Part shown: piece after piece, positions 49,915-60,508 of the stretch
Layout: each line of letters opens with the position of its first letter
Position numbering within the stretch: position 1 is the stretch's first letter
NCBI GenBank assembly: GCA_902596675.1
Contig: CACJUO010000004.1
Location: forward strand, 1,683-65,682
Reading direction: 5' to 3'
Length of the DNA: 64,000 nucleotides
Source of the DNA: an uncultured Pelagibacteraceae bacterium
Lineage (GTDB): Bacteria; Pseudomonadota; Alphaproteobacteria; Pelagibacterales; Pelagibacteraceae
The notes under the pieces: model-generated
What the model was told of the DNA's origin: nothing
Database searches by the model: none
Seen by the model: only the letters and a program-made list of their open reading frames with translations
Program-made: the position numbers and the translations under genes

Positions 49915-51336
49915 ATGATTGGTAAATTAAGAGGTTTTTCAAATTCTAAACTTGCGGGTGTGCTTGTAGGAATAATTATTATACCATTTGTATTTTGGGG
50001 AATGGGGAGTGTATTTAGCGGAGGCAACACAAACAATGTTGCGAAAATTAATAATGAAGCTATTTCTTCGAAAGATTTTGTAAATTTTATAAACGAGTCA
50101 AGACTTACTAATGATATTATTAAAGCAAACTTAGATAATAATATTATAGAACAAATATTATCAGAACTTATATCTGAAAAATTAATTGAAATGGAAATAA
50201 AAAAATTAAATGTATCTCTATCAGAGGAAGCATTAGCAAATAAAATTAGATCTAATTCAATTTTACTAGATGATAATAAGAAATTTTCTAGAACTAAATA
50301 CGAAAAATTTTTATTAGAAAATAATCTTACAGCCTCCAGTTTTGAAAATTCACTAAAAAACCAAGAGTTAAAGAAAAATTTATTTAAATATATAAGTGGT
50401 GGAATTAAATCTCCATATTTTTTAAAAAATAAAATATTTATAAGTGAAAATAAAAAAATTGATGTTGAATTTTTAGACCTGGATTTAGTTCATGACAAAA
50501 CAGTAACAACATCAGAAATAGAGGATTTCATTAAAGATAATGAAGATATGTTAAAATTAGATTTTATTGATTTATTTTATGCAAAAATAACACCACAAAA
50601 CTTGATAGAAATTGATGAATTTAACGATGAATTTTTTAACAAAATAGACGAAATAGAAAATAGTATTCTAAATGGATCAAATTTGAAAGAAATTAATGAG
50701 ATTTATAATTTCAATCTAAATGAGATAAATAATTTTGTATTAAATGATAATTCCGATGAAGTACTGCAGGAAATATACTCGAAAAGAAATGGGGATAAAA
50801 CACAATTGATCGACAAGAATGACTATTTTTTAATTTTTGAAATCTCAAAGATAAATAAAAAAATTCCAAATATAAAAGATACTTATTTTTTAGAAAGTGT
50901 AAAAAAAAATGTTGTTTTAAAAAAAAAGTTTGAATTTAATAAAAATCTTTTCGAAAAAATTGATGAGAAAATATTTAACGACGATGAATTTATTAAAATA
51001 TCAAAAGATAAAAATAATATTAAATCTGTTACAATTGAAAGTCTTAATGATAATCAAGTTTTTGACACAGATTCGGTAAATCTTATTTATACTTTACCAA
51101 ATAAAAGTTTTACATTAGTAACTGGACAAGAAGATAAAGTCTACTTGACAAAAATAAATAATATTTATTATTCTGACATAGATAAAAATTCTGATAATAT
51201 TAAAGAATATTCAGAAAAATCAAATAATGATATAATCAATGATATCTACACATCATATGATCTATCGTTAAATTCAAAATACAAAGTAAAAATCTTTAAT
51301 CAGACAATTGATAGAGTAAAAAATTATTTTAGATAA
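49915..51336 (+). CDS. PpiD/SurA N-terminal domain periplasmic chaperone
   Basis: N-terminal anchor IIIPFVFWG, VAKIN; conserved position between tpiA and trpE; no clear parvulin motif seen. Confidence 0.75.
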   Translation: MIGKLRGFSNSKLAGVLVGIIIIPFVFWGMGSVFSGGNTNNVAKINNEAISSKDFVNFINESRLTNDIIKANLDNNIIEQILSELISEKLIEMEIKKLNVSLSEEALANKIRSNSILLDDNKKFSRTKYEKFLLENNLTASSFENSLKNQELKKNLFKYISGGIKSPYFLKNKIFISENKKIDVEFLDLDLVHDKTVTTSEIEDFIKDNEDMLKLDFIDLFYAKITPQNLIEIDEFNDEFFNKIDEIENSILNGSNLKEINEIYNFNLNEINNFVLNDNSDEVLQEIYSKRNGDKTQLIDKNDYFLIFEISKINKKIPNIKDTYFLESVKKNVVLKKKFEFNKNLFEKIDEKIFNDDEFIKISKDKNNIKSVTIESLNDNQVFDTDSVNLIYTLPNKSFTLVTGQEDKVYLTKINNIYYSDIDKNSDNIKEYSEKSNNDIINDIYTSYDLSLNSKYKVKIFNQTIDRVKNYFR

Positions 51337-52793
51337 TGTTGAATATTAGTCTTAAGTTATTTAAGAAAAATCACATAAAAAATATAAATCAAGTTCTTTA
51401 TTACTCAATCAAAACAAATGGTATTAAAGAAATAGATAATTTAATTAACAGTTTTTTAAATGTAAGAAATAGCTTCATATTCGAGTCAGTTGAAAAAGGT
51501 TTTATAAAAGGCCGATATACTATTTTTGGTAAAAATCCTGATAAAATATGGGAATTTAACAATAACAACTGCATTTTAAATTATGAAAATAAAAAGAAGA
51601 AATTAAAAGGAACGCCAAAATATAATATTGAAAAAATAATTGAAGATTTTAATTTTAAAATACCTAAAGAACTGCCCCCAATTAGCTCAATTATTTCTGG
51701 GTATTTCTCTTACGATACAATAAGATATATAGAAAAAATTCCAAACACTACAAAAAATGATTTAAAAATTCCTGATGCAAGGATTTTAAGACCAAAGAAT
51801 CTAGTAATTTTTGATAATGCTGAAAAGAAATTATTTTTCGTAGTTAATTGTTTTTCTGATGAAAAGATCAACAATTATCAAGCAAAGTATGAACAAATTC
51901 AAAAAGAAATTGAGGAGATGATTTTTCTAGCAAACTATAATTTTAATACTAAATCCTTAAAAAATAAGATTTCTAAACCAAAAATTAATTCAAATATCTC
52001 CAAAAAAAAATTTCTAAGAAATGTTATCAAGGCTAAAAATTACATTAAAATCGGAGATATTTTTCAAGTTGTTCTAAGCCAAAGGTTTGAAACTGATCTT
52101 ACTAAAAGTCCACTTGATATTTATAAAAAATTGAGAATTACTAATCCTTCTCCTTTCATGTATTTTTTTAACTTTGAAGATTTTCAAATCATAGGCGCGA
52201 GTCCTGAAATACTTGTAAGGCTAAGGGATAACAAAATAACTATTAGACCTATTGCTGGAACAAGACCCAGAGGTAAAAATAAAAAGGAAGACAAATTTTA
52301 TGAAAAGGATCTTTTAAAGGATAAAAAAGAGCTTTCTGAACACTTAATGCTTCTTGATCTTGGCAGAAATGATACTGGAAAAGTTTCTAAAATTAATTCT
52401 GTTAAGGTTACTGAAAGTTTTAAGATAGAGCGATATTCACATGTAATGCATATAGTCTCTAATGTTGAAGGTGTATTTAATAAAAAATTTGGTAAATTTG
52501 ATACATTATTAGCTGGTTTTCCTGCTGGAACGGTATCAGGTGCACCTAAAATAAGAGCTATGGAAATTATTGATGAATTAGAGACAACAAGAAGAAAAGT
52601 TTATGCAGGAGGTATTGGTTATTTTTCTGCAAATGGTGATTTTGATACTTGCATCGCACTTAGAACAGCAATTTCAAAAAATAAAAAATTTTACGTACAG
52701 TCAGGTGCAGGAATTGTTGCTGATAGTAAACCAATTAATGAATTTAATGAAACAGTTAATAAAGCAAAAGCTTTAATTAAGGCTTTGGAATAA
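51336..52793 (+). CDS. trpE: Anthranilate synthase component I
   Basis: FESVE, GDIFQVVLSQR, NPSPFM, RPIAGTRPRG, EHLMLLDLGRND, PAGTVSGAPK. Confidence 0.96.
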   Translation: MLNISLKLFKKNHIKNINQVLYYSIKTNGIKEIDNLINSFLNVRNSFIFESVEKGFIKGRYTIFGKNPDKIWEFNNNNCILNYENKKKKLKGTPKYNIEKIIEDFNFKIPKELPPISSIISGYFSYDTIRYIEKIPNTTKNDLKIPDARILRPKNLVIFDNAEKKLFFVVNCFSDEKINNYQAKYEQIQKEIEEMIFLANYNFNTKSLKNKISKPKINSNISKKKFLRNVIKAKNYIKIGDIFQVVLSQRFETDLTKSPLDIYKKLRITNPSPFMYFFNFEDFQIIGASPEILVRLRDNKITIRPIAGTRPRGKNKKEDKFYEKDLLKDKKELSEHLMLLDLGRNDTGKVSKINSVKVTESFKIERYSHVMHIVSNVEGVFNKKFGKFDTLLAGFPAGTVSGAPKIRAMEIIDELETTRRKVYAGGIGYFSANGDFDTCIALRTAISKNKKFYVQSGAGIVADSKPINEFNETVNKAKALIKALE

Positions 52794-52798
52794 GGATT

Positions 52799-53362
52799 AT
52801 GAAAATAATTTTAATTGATAATTATGATAGTTTTACATTCAATTTATATCACTATCTTTCATCCTTTTCTAAAGTGGATGTTTTTAGAAATGATAAAGTA
52901 GATCATCATTATATTTTGAAAAATGGGTACAATAAAATTGTAATATCCCCAGGACCTGGAAACCCTAATCAATCTGGAAATTGTTTAAAGATAGTTAAAA
53001 ATTTGTATAAAAAAATGCCAATTCTTGGTGTTTGCTTAGGTCATCAAATCATTGGTCAAATATTTGGTTCTAGAATAATTCAAGCTAAAAAACTTGTTCA
53101 TGGAAAAACAAGCAATATTATAAATAAGAAAATTGGTATTCTTAGTAATTTACCAAAAAATTTCACAGCAACTCGATATCATAGTTTAGTAATTGAAAGA
53201 AAATCTTTATCTGAAGATTTAAAAATTACATCTAGTACACCCGATGGGACAATTATGGGTGTTATGCATAAGGAATATAAAATCCACGGAGTTCAATTTC
53301 ACCCTGAAAGTATTAAAACAAAATACGGTTTAAAAATTTTAGAGAACTTTATAAAAGAGTAA
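52799..53362 (+). CDS. trpG: Anthranilate synthase component II
   Basis: IDNYDSFTFNL, SPGPG, GVCLGHQ, RYHSL, QFHPES. Confidence 0.95.
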   Translation: MKIILIDNYDSFTFNLYHYLSSFSKVDVFRNDKVDHHYILKNGYNKIVISPGPGNPNQSGNCLKIVKNLYKKMPILGVCLGHQIIGQIFGSRIIQAKKLVHGKTSNIINKKIGILSNLPKNFTATRYHSLVIERKSLSEDLKITSSTPDGTIMGVMHKEYKIHGVQFHPESIKTKYGLKILENFIKE

Positions 53363-53364
53363 TA

Positions 53365-54357
53365 ATGGATCAATATTTAGAAAAGCTCAGAAATAAAATA
53401 AATTTAAATTTTGATGAAAGTAAAAATGCATTTAAGACTTTAATGAATGGTGAGGCAAGTGATCAACAAATTTACGATTTTTTAACTTTATTATCAGATA
53501 AAGGTGAGGTTTCTGATGAAATAGCTGGAGGTGTATATATATTAAGAGATAAGTCAAAAAGAGTAAAAGCTGAAGATTGCATTGATACTTGTGGTACTGG
53601 TGGAGATGGAAAAGATACTCTAAATATTTCAACTGCATCAGCGCTGTTGTTAGCAAGTATGGGCGTTAAAGTAGCTAAGCATGGAAATAAAGCAGTTTCA
53701 TCAAAATGTGGGTCAGCTGACGTTCTTGAAGCCTTAAATATAAATATCAACTTAGAACCAAAACAAATCGAGGAACAGATTAAAAATAATAATTTTGGCT
53801 TTATGTTTGCTCCAAATTATCATTCAGCAATGAAATATGTTGGTCCAACAAGAAAAAAAATAGGAAAAAGGACTATTTTTAATATGATAGGTCCATTAAG
53901 TAGCCCAGCACTTGTTGAAAGGCAGGTAATTGGTGTTTTTGATAATAAACTTTTAAAAATTTTTGCGAATGCTCTAAAAAATTTAAATTTAAAATTTGCG
54001 TGGATTGTAAATAGTGAAGATGGTCTAGATGAAATATCGCCTTACGCCAAAACTAATATTGTACAATTAAAAAATAATGAAATATCTGAGTTTATAATTG
54101 ACCCAAATGAATTAAATATTAATGCTGATAAATTTGAAAATTTAATTGGAGATGACGCTAAATTTAATTCTGGTAAAATTTTAAATATTTTTGAAGGTGA
54201 AGATAATGATTTTTCAAAAGCTGTATGTTTGAATGCTGCAGCAGGGTTAATAATATCTGAAAAATATGATGATTTTAAAATTGCTTTTAATTATACTAGA
54301 GGTTTTATTAAGTCTGGAGCAGCGTTCAAATTTATAAAAAGTTTACAAAATGTCTGA
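53365..54357 (+). CDS. trpD: Anthranilate phosphoribosyltransferase
   Basis: DTCGTGGDG, NIST, KHGN, GSADVLE, DGLDE. Confidence 0.96.
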   Translation: MDQYLEKLRNKINLNFDESKNAFKTLMNGEASDQQIYDFLTLLSDKGEVSDEIAGGVYILRDKSKRVKAEDCIDTCGTGGDGKDTLNISTASALLLASMGVKVAKHGNKAVSSKCGSADVLEALNININLEPKQIEEQIKNNNFGFMFAPNYHSAMKYVGPTRKKIGKRTIFNMIGPLSSPALVERQVIGVFDNKLLKIFANALKNLNLKFAWIVNSEDGLDEISPYAKTNIVQLKNNEISEFIIDPNELNINADKFENLIGDDAKFNSGKILNIFEGEDNDFSKAVCLNAAAGLIISEKYDDFKIAFNYTRGFIKSGAAFKFIKSLQNV

Positions 54358-55141
54358 AAATATCCTTCAGAAAATAATTGATCAAAAGAAAACTAAAATT
54401 GAAAAATTAAAACTTGAAATTGATATAAAGAGATTATTGCATGCAATAAGTGAGAAGGACGTTTTTTTTGATTTTAAAAAGAAAATACAAACGAAAAACT
54501 CAGAAAATAAAATATCCATAATTGCTGAAATAAAAAAAGCAAGTCCATCTGCAGGTATTTTAATAGATGACTATGACCCGGTTAAAATTGCCAATATATA
54601 TAATTCTAAGAATGTCACATGTTTGTCTGTATTAACCGAAGAAGATTTTTTTTTAGGAAATCTATCTCATATTTCTGAAATTAAAAAAAAAATTGAATTA
54701 CCCATTCTTTGTAAAGATTTTTTTGTTGATAAATTTCAAGTACCTTTAGCAAAAAGCTATGGAGCTGATGCAATTCTGATTATATTAGCCGGTGTATCTG
54801 AAAAAACTGCTGATGAAATTTACGAAGAAGCTTTAAAGTATAATATGAGTGTAATTGTTGAAGTTCATACAGTTGAAGAGGCAGAAAAATCAATAAAATA
54901 TACGGATGCTTTAATTGGTATAAATAACCGAAACCTAAAAACTCTTAAAACTGAGATAAATACAACTTATGATATATATGATGTTGTTTCAAATCACTCT
55001 TCCCCTCTAATTTCTGAGAGTGGTCTAAAAACAAAAGATGAATTGCTTGATATAAAAAACAGGACCTCAATAAGCACTTTTTTAATTGGTGAATCACTTT
55101 TAAAAGATTTAGAAAATAATAATATTTTTTCCCTTTTATAG
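54350..55141 (+). CDS. trpC: Indole-3-glycerol-phosphate synthase
   Basis: IIAEIKKASPSAG, SVLTE, LCKDF, GADAILI, GINNRNL, SESG. Confidence 0.96.
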   Translation: MSENILQKIIDQKKTKIEKLKLEIDIKRLLHAISEKDVFFDFKKKIQTKNSENKISIIAEIKKASPSAGILIDDYDPVKIANIYNSKNVTCLSVLTEEDFFLGNLSHISEIKKKIELPILCKDFFVDKFQVPLAKSYGADAILIILAGVSEKTADEIYEEALKYNMSVIVEVHTVEEAEKSIKYTDALIGINNRNLKTLKTEINTTYDIYDVVSNHSSPLISESGLKTKDELLDIKNRTSISTFLIGESLLKDLENNNIFSLL

Positions 55142-55188
55142 AAATTTTCCACGATTTATCATACTTTTTAGCTGTTGTATAAATTGAG

Positions 55189-55224
55189 GAACTTTTATAG
55201 AACATCAATGTACTTAATTTGTTC
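55189..55224. promoter_or_regulatory. Two alphaproteobacterial SOS boxes upstream of lexA
   Basis: GAAC-N7-GAAC (55189-55203) and GTAC-N7-GTTC (55210-55224), ending 1 nt before ATG 55226. Confidence 0.9.
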
Positions 55225-55225
55225 T

Positions 55226-55909
55226 ATGTTAACTAAAAAACAAAAAAACTTACTTCTCTTTATCAACAAAAAGTTGAGATCTACAGGTGTGTCCCCTTCT
55301 TACGAGGAAATGAAAGAGTCCTTAAATTTAAAATCAAAATCTGGCATTCACAGACTTATTAGCGCATTAGAAGAAAGAGGCTTCATTAAAAGATTAGCCC
55401 ACAAAGCAAGAGCATTAGAAGTAATTAAGTTACCTGAAACTGCATCTGCGAACGATATTTATAACAGTTTTTCTCCAAGCGTTATTAAGGGAGGACTAGA
55501 TGAGGAAGATTTAAATAATTCTAACGATACGGAAGTCCCTGTTCTTGGAAAAATTGCTGCAGGAACTCCGGTTGAGGCTATACAGAATGAAGTTTCAAGA
55601 ATTCCACTGCCAGCAAATATTGAAAAAGATGGAGAATTTTTTGGTTTAAAGGTCCAAGGGGACTCTATGATTGAAGCTGGAATCAATGATGGTGATACTG
55701 TTATTGTCAAAAAAGCAGATACTGCAGATAATGGAAAAATTGTAGTAGCTTTAATTGATGATCATGAGGCTATGTTGAAAAGAATTAGAAGAAAAGGTAA
55801 AACTGTTGCATTAGAAAGTGCAAATAGAAATTACGAAACAAAAATTTTTGGCCCAGATAGAGTGAAAGTTCAGGGAATTCTTGTATCTTTATATAGAAAC
55901 TTTCAGTAA
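55226..55909 (+). CDS. lexA: SOS repressor LexA
   Basis: MLTKKQ, PSYEEM, KSKSGIHRL, IAAG cleavage site, GDSM, MLKR. Confidence 0.96.
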   Translation: MLTKKQKNLLLFINKKLRSTGVSPSYEEMKESLNLKSKSGIHRLISALEERGFIKRLAHKARALEVIKLPETASANDIYNSFSPSVIKGGLDEEDLNNSNDTEVPVLGKIAAGTPVEAIQNEVSRIPLPANIEKDGEFFGLKVQGDSMIEAGINDGDTVIVKKADTADNGKIVVALIDDHEAMLKRIRRKGKTVALESANRNYETKIFGPDRVKVQGILVSLYRNFQ

Positions 55910-55928
55910 AATAGTCTAAATAAATCCC

Positions 55929-57323
55929 ATGAAAAAAGTAGCAACTAGATTTGCTCCTTCTCCTACTGGTCCTCTTCATATTGGTGGAGTAAGAACAGCT
56001 CTATTTAATTGGTTATATTCAAAAAATAAATCAGGTAAATTTTATTTAAGGATAGAAGATACTGATAAAGAAAGATCTAAAGAAGAACATAAAATTCAAA
56101 TAATTAATTCTCTAGAATGGATGGGAATAGAATATGATGGAGAGGAGTATATTCAATCAAAAATGATTAGTGAACATGTTTCTATTGCTAAAAGATTATT
56201 GGAAAATGGAAATGCCTATAAATGCTTTTGTAGTGCAGAGGAAATAGACGAGCAAAAGAAAAGGGCCAAACAAAAAAGAATTCCCTACGTTTATAATAGA
56301 AAATGGAGAAATATGACTGAAGATCAAGCCCCAAAAGATATAAAGCCAGTTATAAGATTTAAAAGTAAAATAGAAGGCACTTCTCTACTAAAAGACTTAG
56401 TTCAAGGAGACGTAGAGATTGAAAATAATACTATTGAGGATTTTGTTATTTTAAGAAATGACGAAACGCCAACGTATAATTTATCTGCGTCAGTTGATGA
56501 TCACAATATGAGAATGACTCATATTATAAGAGGAGATGATCATAAAATTAATACTTTTAAACAAATACAGATATATGAAGCACTAGGATGGGATATTCCA
56601 CAATTTGCTCATATACCTCTTATTCATACAATAGACGGTAAGAAATTATCAAAAAGAGACAATGCCTCAACATTAGAAGATTACTCAAAAATTGGCATTC
56701 TACCTGAGTCTCTAAGAAATTACCTACTTAGGTTAGGATGGTCTTATAAAGATAAGGAAATTTTTAGCTTAGATGAAAGTATAAAACTTTTTGATTTAGA
56801 AGGAATAGGTAAATCACCTTCAAAACTTGATATGAGTAGAATTCTTTCTATGAATGAATATTACATTAAAAATAGTGAGGAAAATATATTGTACAAAAAG
56901 TTAAAAGAATATTGTGAAATGTATAAAGATAGAATTCAAGAAGATAAAGAAAATACAATAAAGAGGTCTTTAACTTTTTTAAAAAATAAAGCAAAAACAC
57001 TTGAGGATATATTTAACAATTCTAAATACATATTAAATGATAAAGTTATTTTTAACGACAATGATAAAGAGCTGATAAACGATGAAGCAAAAAAAATAAT
57101 ACATTTATTTAAAGATAAGATTTCAGAATTAGAAACTTTTGATAGAGAAAATTTAGAACAAATCGTAAAAGGGTTAATAAAATCGAGTAATACAAATTTC
57201 AAAGGTGTTGGTCAGCCATTACGAATAATGTTAACAGGATCTAAATTTGGTCCTGGAATATATGATATAATATTATCTCTTGGAAAAAACGAGGTAATAA
57301 AAAGATTAGGAAATATAGGATAA
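55929..57323 (+). CDS. gltX: Glutamate--tRNA ligase
   Basis: RFAPSPTGPLHIGG, RIEDTD, IIRGDDH, KLSKR. Confidence 0.97.
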   Translation: MKKVATRFAPSPTGPLHIGGVRTALFNWLYSKNKSGKFYLRIEDTDKERSKEEHKIQIINSLEWMGIEYDGEEYIQSKMISEHVSIAKRLLENGNAYKCFCSAEEIDEQKKRAKQKRIPYVYNRKWRNMTEDQAPKDIKPVIRFKSKIEGTSLLKDLVQGDVEIENNTIEDFVILRNDETPTYNLSASVDDHNMRMTHIIRGDDHKINTFKQIQIYEALGWDIPQFAHIPLIHTIDGKKLSKRDNASTLEDYSKIGILPESLRNYLLRLGWSYKDKEIFSLDESIKLFDLEGIGKSPSKLDMSRILSMNEYYIKNSEENILYKKLKEYCEMYKDRIQEDKENTIKRSLTFLKNKAKTLEDIFNNSKYILNDKVIFNDNDKELINDEAKKIIHLFKDKISELETFDRENLEQIVKGLIKSSNTNFKGVGQPLRIMLTGSKFGPGIYDIILSLGKNEVIKRLGNIG

Positions 57324-58436
57324 GATAATATTTGATGCTTCTTCAGACGAAGAGCTAGGAGAGGTCAAAGTTTCAAGAGTTTTTTTTATTTCATCTTTTT
57401 GTTTGGAAATTAAATCTGGTTTTTTTAGAAAATAGTAAACACACTTAAATATTTCATCAGCATTACATTCGGATTGTATTAACTCTGGAATAACTTCTCT
57501 ATTATTGATAATATTTATCATATTAACAAATTTTATATTTAGTAGAAATTTTGCTAAATAAAAATTTATAAAATTCATCTTATAAATGATTACTGATGGA
57601 ATATTCATTTTACACACTTCTAAGGAAACTGTTCCAGATTTTACTACCGCAAAAATTGATTTCTTTAAAACAGCAGTTTTAATTTTATCATCACTTATAA
57701 TTTCTAGATTTTGTATAGATTCTTTTAAAATATAACTCGATATTATTTCTTTATTTTTATCAGTTGCATGAAATATAAAATTATAATTAGGATCCTTGAT
57801 ATTCATTTTTTTTATAAAATTAATTAGAATTGGCATGTGATAAAAAATCTCTGAGTTTCTACTTCCAGGAAAGATTGATATAGTATTTTTTTTATCTAAA
57901 AATTGGTCTATTTGGATATTTTTATTAATTTTTTTATCCAACAAAGGATGACCTACAAATGTATTGGTCAGTTTTTCTTTATCAAAATATTCCTTTTCAA
58001 ACTTAAAAAGTAATAAAATATGGTCTAAAAATTCCTTCATTTTCTTAACTCTTCCCTCTCTCCATGCCCAAACTTTGGGTGCAATAAAATGAATTATTTT
58101 TATTTTTGGATTTTTCTGTTTTACTAATTTTGCTACTCTTAATGTAAAATCTGGACTATCAACACTAAATAAAATATCTGGGTTAAATTTTAAGATTTCA
58201 TTAACAGTATCTTTTATTTTACGTTTTATTTTAAAAAAATTTAATAATACATCGGTAAAAGCTATAAAGGTGATTTCTTTTTGGTCATAGATTGTCTTAA
58301 TGCCTAACTTTTCTAAGTTTGCACCACCAACACTTAAAAATTCTAAATCAGTTCTTTTTGTTTTTATTTGTGATATTACCTCAGACGCTAATTTATCTCC
58401 CGAGGGTTCGCCTGTAAGAACAAAAATTTTTTTCAT
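57306..58436 (-). CDS. lpxB: Lipid A disaccharide synthase
   Basis: GEPSGD, DSPDF, APKVWAWREGR, FVGHPL, PGSR, SGTVSLE. Confidence 0.94.
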   Translation of the reverse strand: MKKIFVLTGEPSGDKLASEVISQIKTKRTDLEFLSVGGANLEKLGIKTIYDQKEITFIAFTDVLLNFFKIKRKIKDTVNEILKFNPDILFSVDSPDFTLRVAKLVKQKNPKIKIIHFIAPKVWAWREGRVKKMKEFLDHILLLFKFEKEYFDKEKLTNTFVGHPLLDKKINKNIQIDQFLDKKNTISIFPGSRNSEIFYHMPILINFIKKMNIKDPNYNFIFHATDKNKEIISSYILKESIQNLEIISDDKIKTAVLKKSIFAVVKSGTVSLEVCKMNIPSVIIYKMNFINFYLAKFLLNIKFVNMINIINNREVIPELIQSECNADEIFKCVYYFLKKPDLISKQKDEIKKTLETLTSPSSSSEEASNIILSYIS

Positions 58437-59224
58437 AAAGAAATAAGAAAAAGTTTATTCTGATTAGCATATTTAATACAGACTTCTTTATTTAATATAA
58501 TATTTTGATTTGATTTAACCACAATTCCTTTGATGCCAACTTTATTACAATCTTTAAATGTATCTATTCCTATTGTTGGTAAGTCTACCCTTAAATCTTG
58601 TTTTGCTTTAGGCATTTTTATTAGAGTACCTTTTTTTATTTTAGATTTAGGGACAGATTTTATCATTTCTTTTGTGCCTTTTCTTGTTTCTCTAGAAATG
58701 ACCTTGTTGTCTCTTATAATTACTGCTTGCGTGTGATTGTATGAATTTATTTTTTTTAACGTTCTAATTCCTTTCGCTATTTCTTCTTTTTCTAGCAAAT
58801 TTGGTTTAATTTTTGTATAAACTCCTTTCTTTAAAGTTAATTCTGGGTTGAAAGTATTTAATTTAATAACTTTAATTTTATTTTCGGACAAAATTTTTAT
58901 TAAAACTTTTAATATTGCAGCATCTCCTAATTTTGATGCTTTAACTATTCTTGGGATATAAAACAGTCCTCTTAAATCTAACTTTAGTTTTGATATTTTA
59001 GGTTTAATTATATTTCCAGCAAATATGACTTTATTACATTTTTTCGATTTAATTAGTTTTAGTATTTCACCAAATTTACCTATATTAATGAAAAAACTAT
59101 TCTTTTTTTTTTTAAATTTATTATTTTTTGTAAGATCTATAATAAAATATTTTATTTTTTTTCTCTCTATTTTTTTTAAAATTTGATTTGGTAAATCTTT
59201 TTCTCCTAAAAAAAGTCCTATCAT
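58433..59224 (-). CDS. lpxI: UDP-2,3-diacylglucosamine diphosphatase
   Basis: KQDLRVDLPTIG motif; located between lpxA and lpxB. Confidence 0.88.
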   Translation of the reverse strand: MIGLFLGEKDLPNQILKKIERKKIKYFIIDLTKNNKFKKKKNSFFINIGKFGEILKLIKSKKCNKVIFAGNIIKPKISKLKLDLRGLFYIPRIVKASKLGDAAILKVLIKILSENKIKVIKLNTFNPELTLKKGVYTKIKPNLLEKEEIAKGIRTLKKINSYNHTQAVIIRDNKVISRETRKGTKEMIKSVPKSKIKKGTLIKMPKAKQDLRVDLPTIGIDTFKDCNKVGIKGIVVKSNQNIILNKEVCIKYANQNKLFLISL

Positions 59225-60006
59225 TATTTACTAGGTGGAAGTGATATTGGCCTTTTTTTATCTGAATTTATAAATTTAAGCATTTTTTTTACAAACTCAT
59301 TATTTTTAAGATCACTATTAAGTCCTTCTATATTTTCTCTAAAATTTGGAGATTTAAATATAATTTCATAAGCTAATTGTATTTTTTTAATATTTTCATT
59401 TGAAACTTTAGATCTTCTTAATCCAATAAGATTTAATCCCATTAAATTGTTTCTATTTCCCATAGATAAACCAAACGGAATTACGTCACTTAAAACCCCA
59501 GTCATACCCCCTACCATTGCAGCCTCTCCAATTCTGGAAAATTGATGTATTGCACAACTTCCTCCAACTATTGCATTATTTTGAATGGTTACATGGCCAC
59601 CTACCTGAACATTATTTGCTAAAACAATATTATCCGATATCAAACAATCATGCGCTATGTGACAGTAAACCATAAATAAATTATTATCTCCAACTCTAGT
59701 AATACCACCACCTTGTTTTGTTCCAGGATTAATATTAACGTATTCTCTAAACTTATTATTATCGCCTATAACTAATGAATTTTTCTCACCTTTATATTTC
59801 AGATCTTGAGGAGGTGTTCCAATAGATGAAAAAGGATAAATTTGGTTATTCTTTCCTATTTTTGTGTTACCAACTATGTTTACATGTGAATGTAAGATTG
59901 TGTCAGTACCTATTTCAACTTCTGGGCCTATAATGCAATAAGGTCCTATTTTGACATTATCTGAAATTTTAGCTTTATCATCAACTATTGCAGTTTTGTG
60001 GATCAC
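59224..60006 (-). CDS. lpxA: UDP-GlcNAc acyltransferase
   Basis: Hexapeptide repeats, PQDLKY, HIAHDC, IHQF; GTG start. Confidence 0.95.
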   Translation of the reverse strand: MIHKTAIVDDKAKISDNVKIGPYCIIGPEVEIGTDTILHSHVNIVGNTKIGKNNQIYPFSSIGTPPQDLKYKGEKNSLVIGDNNKFREYVNINPGTKQGGGITRVGDNNLFMVYCHIAHDCLISDNIVLANNVQVGGHVTIQNNAIVGGSCAIHQFSRIGEAAMVGGMTGVLSDVIPFGLSMGNRNNLMGLNLIGLRRSKVSNENIKKIQLAYEIIFKSPNFRENIEGLNSDLKNNEFVKKMLKFINSDKKRPISLPPSK

Positions 60007-60061
60007 AAATAATAAATAACAAATTTATTATTTAATACTTATCAACTATTACTACTAATTA

Positions 60062-60508
60062 TTACTTTCTGTCTACGATCGTTGCAGACCACTGGGCATC
60101 CGCCATTTTCTTATCTCCTACAAATGCTGTTCCTTTATATTTCCAAACTCTTCCATGTGATCTAATTGCCTCAATATTTAGTTCTAAGACACAATCGGGG
60201 ATAACAGGGTTTCTGAATCTTGCCTTTTCAATAGTCATCAGAAAAACTAACTTATTATCATAAGTAGATTTATCTAATCCATTTGCTGTTAAGGCTGCTG
60301 CAGCCTGTCCAAAGGCCTCAACTATTAAAACTCCTGGCATTACTGGTTCTCCTGGAAAGTGACCATTAACAAAAAAACTATCTTTTTTTACATTTACTAT
60401 TGCGGTAGCAGAAAATAGTTTTTTTATGTTTTTAAGCTCATCAATTAAAAGCATTGGTTCTCTGTGGGGCAGAAGTTCCTTTATCTGATTTCTATTTAAA
60501 CTAGTCAT
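60062..60508 (-). CDS. fabZ: 3-hydroxyacyl-ACP dehydratase
   Basis: LPHREPMLLID, GHFPGEPVMPGVLIVEA. Confidence 0.95.
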   Translation of the reverse strand: MTSLNRNQIKELLPHREPMLLIDELKNIKKLFSATAIVNVKKDSFFVNGHFPGEPVMPGVLIVEAFGQAAAALTANGLDKSTYDNKLVFLMTIEKARFRNPVIPDCVLELNIEAIRSHGRVWKYKGTAFVGDKKMADAQWSATIVDRK

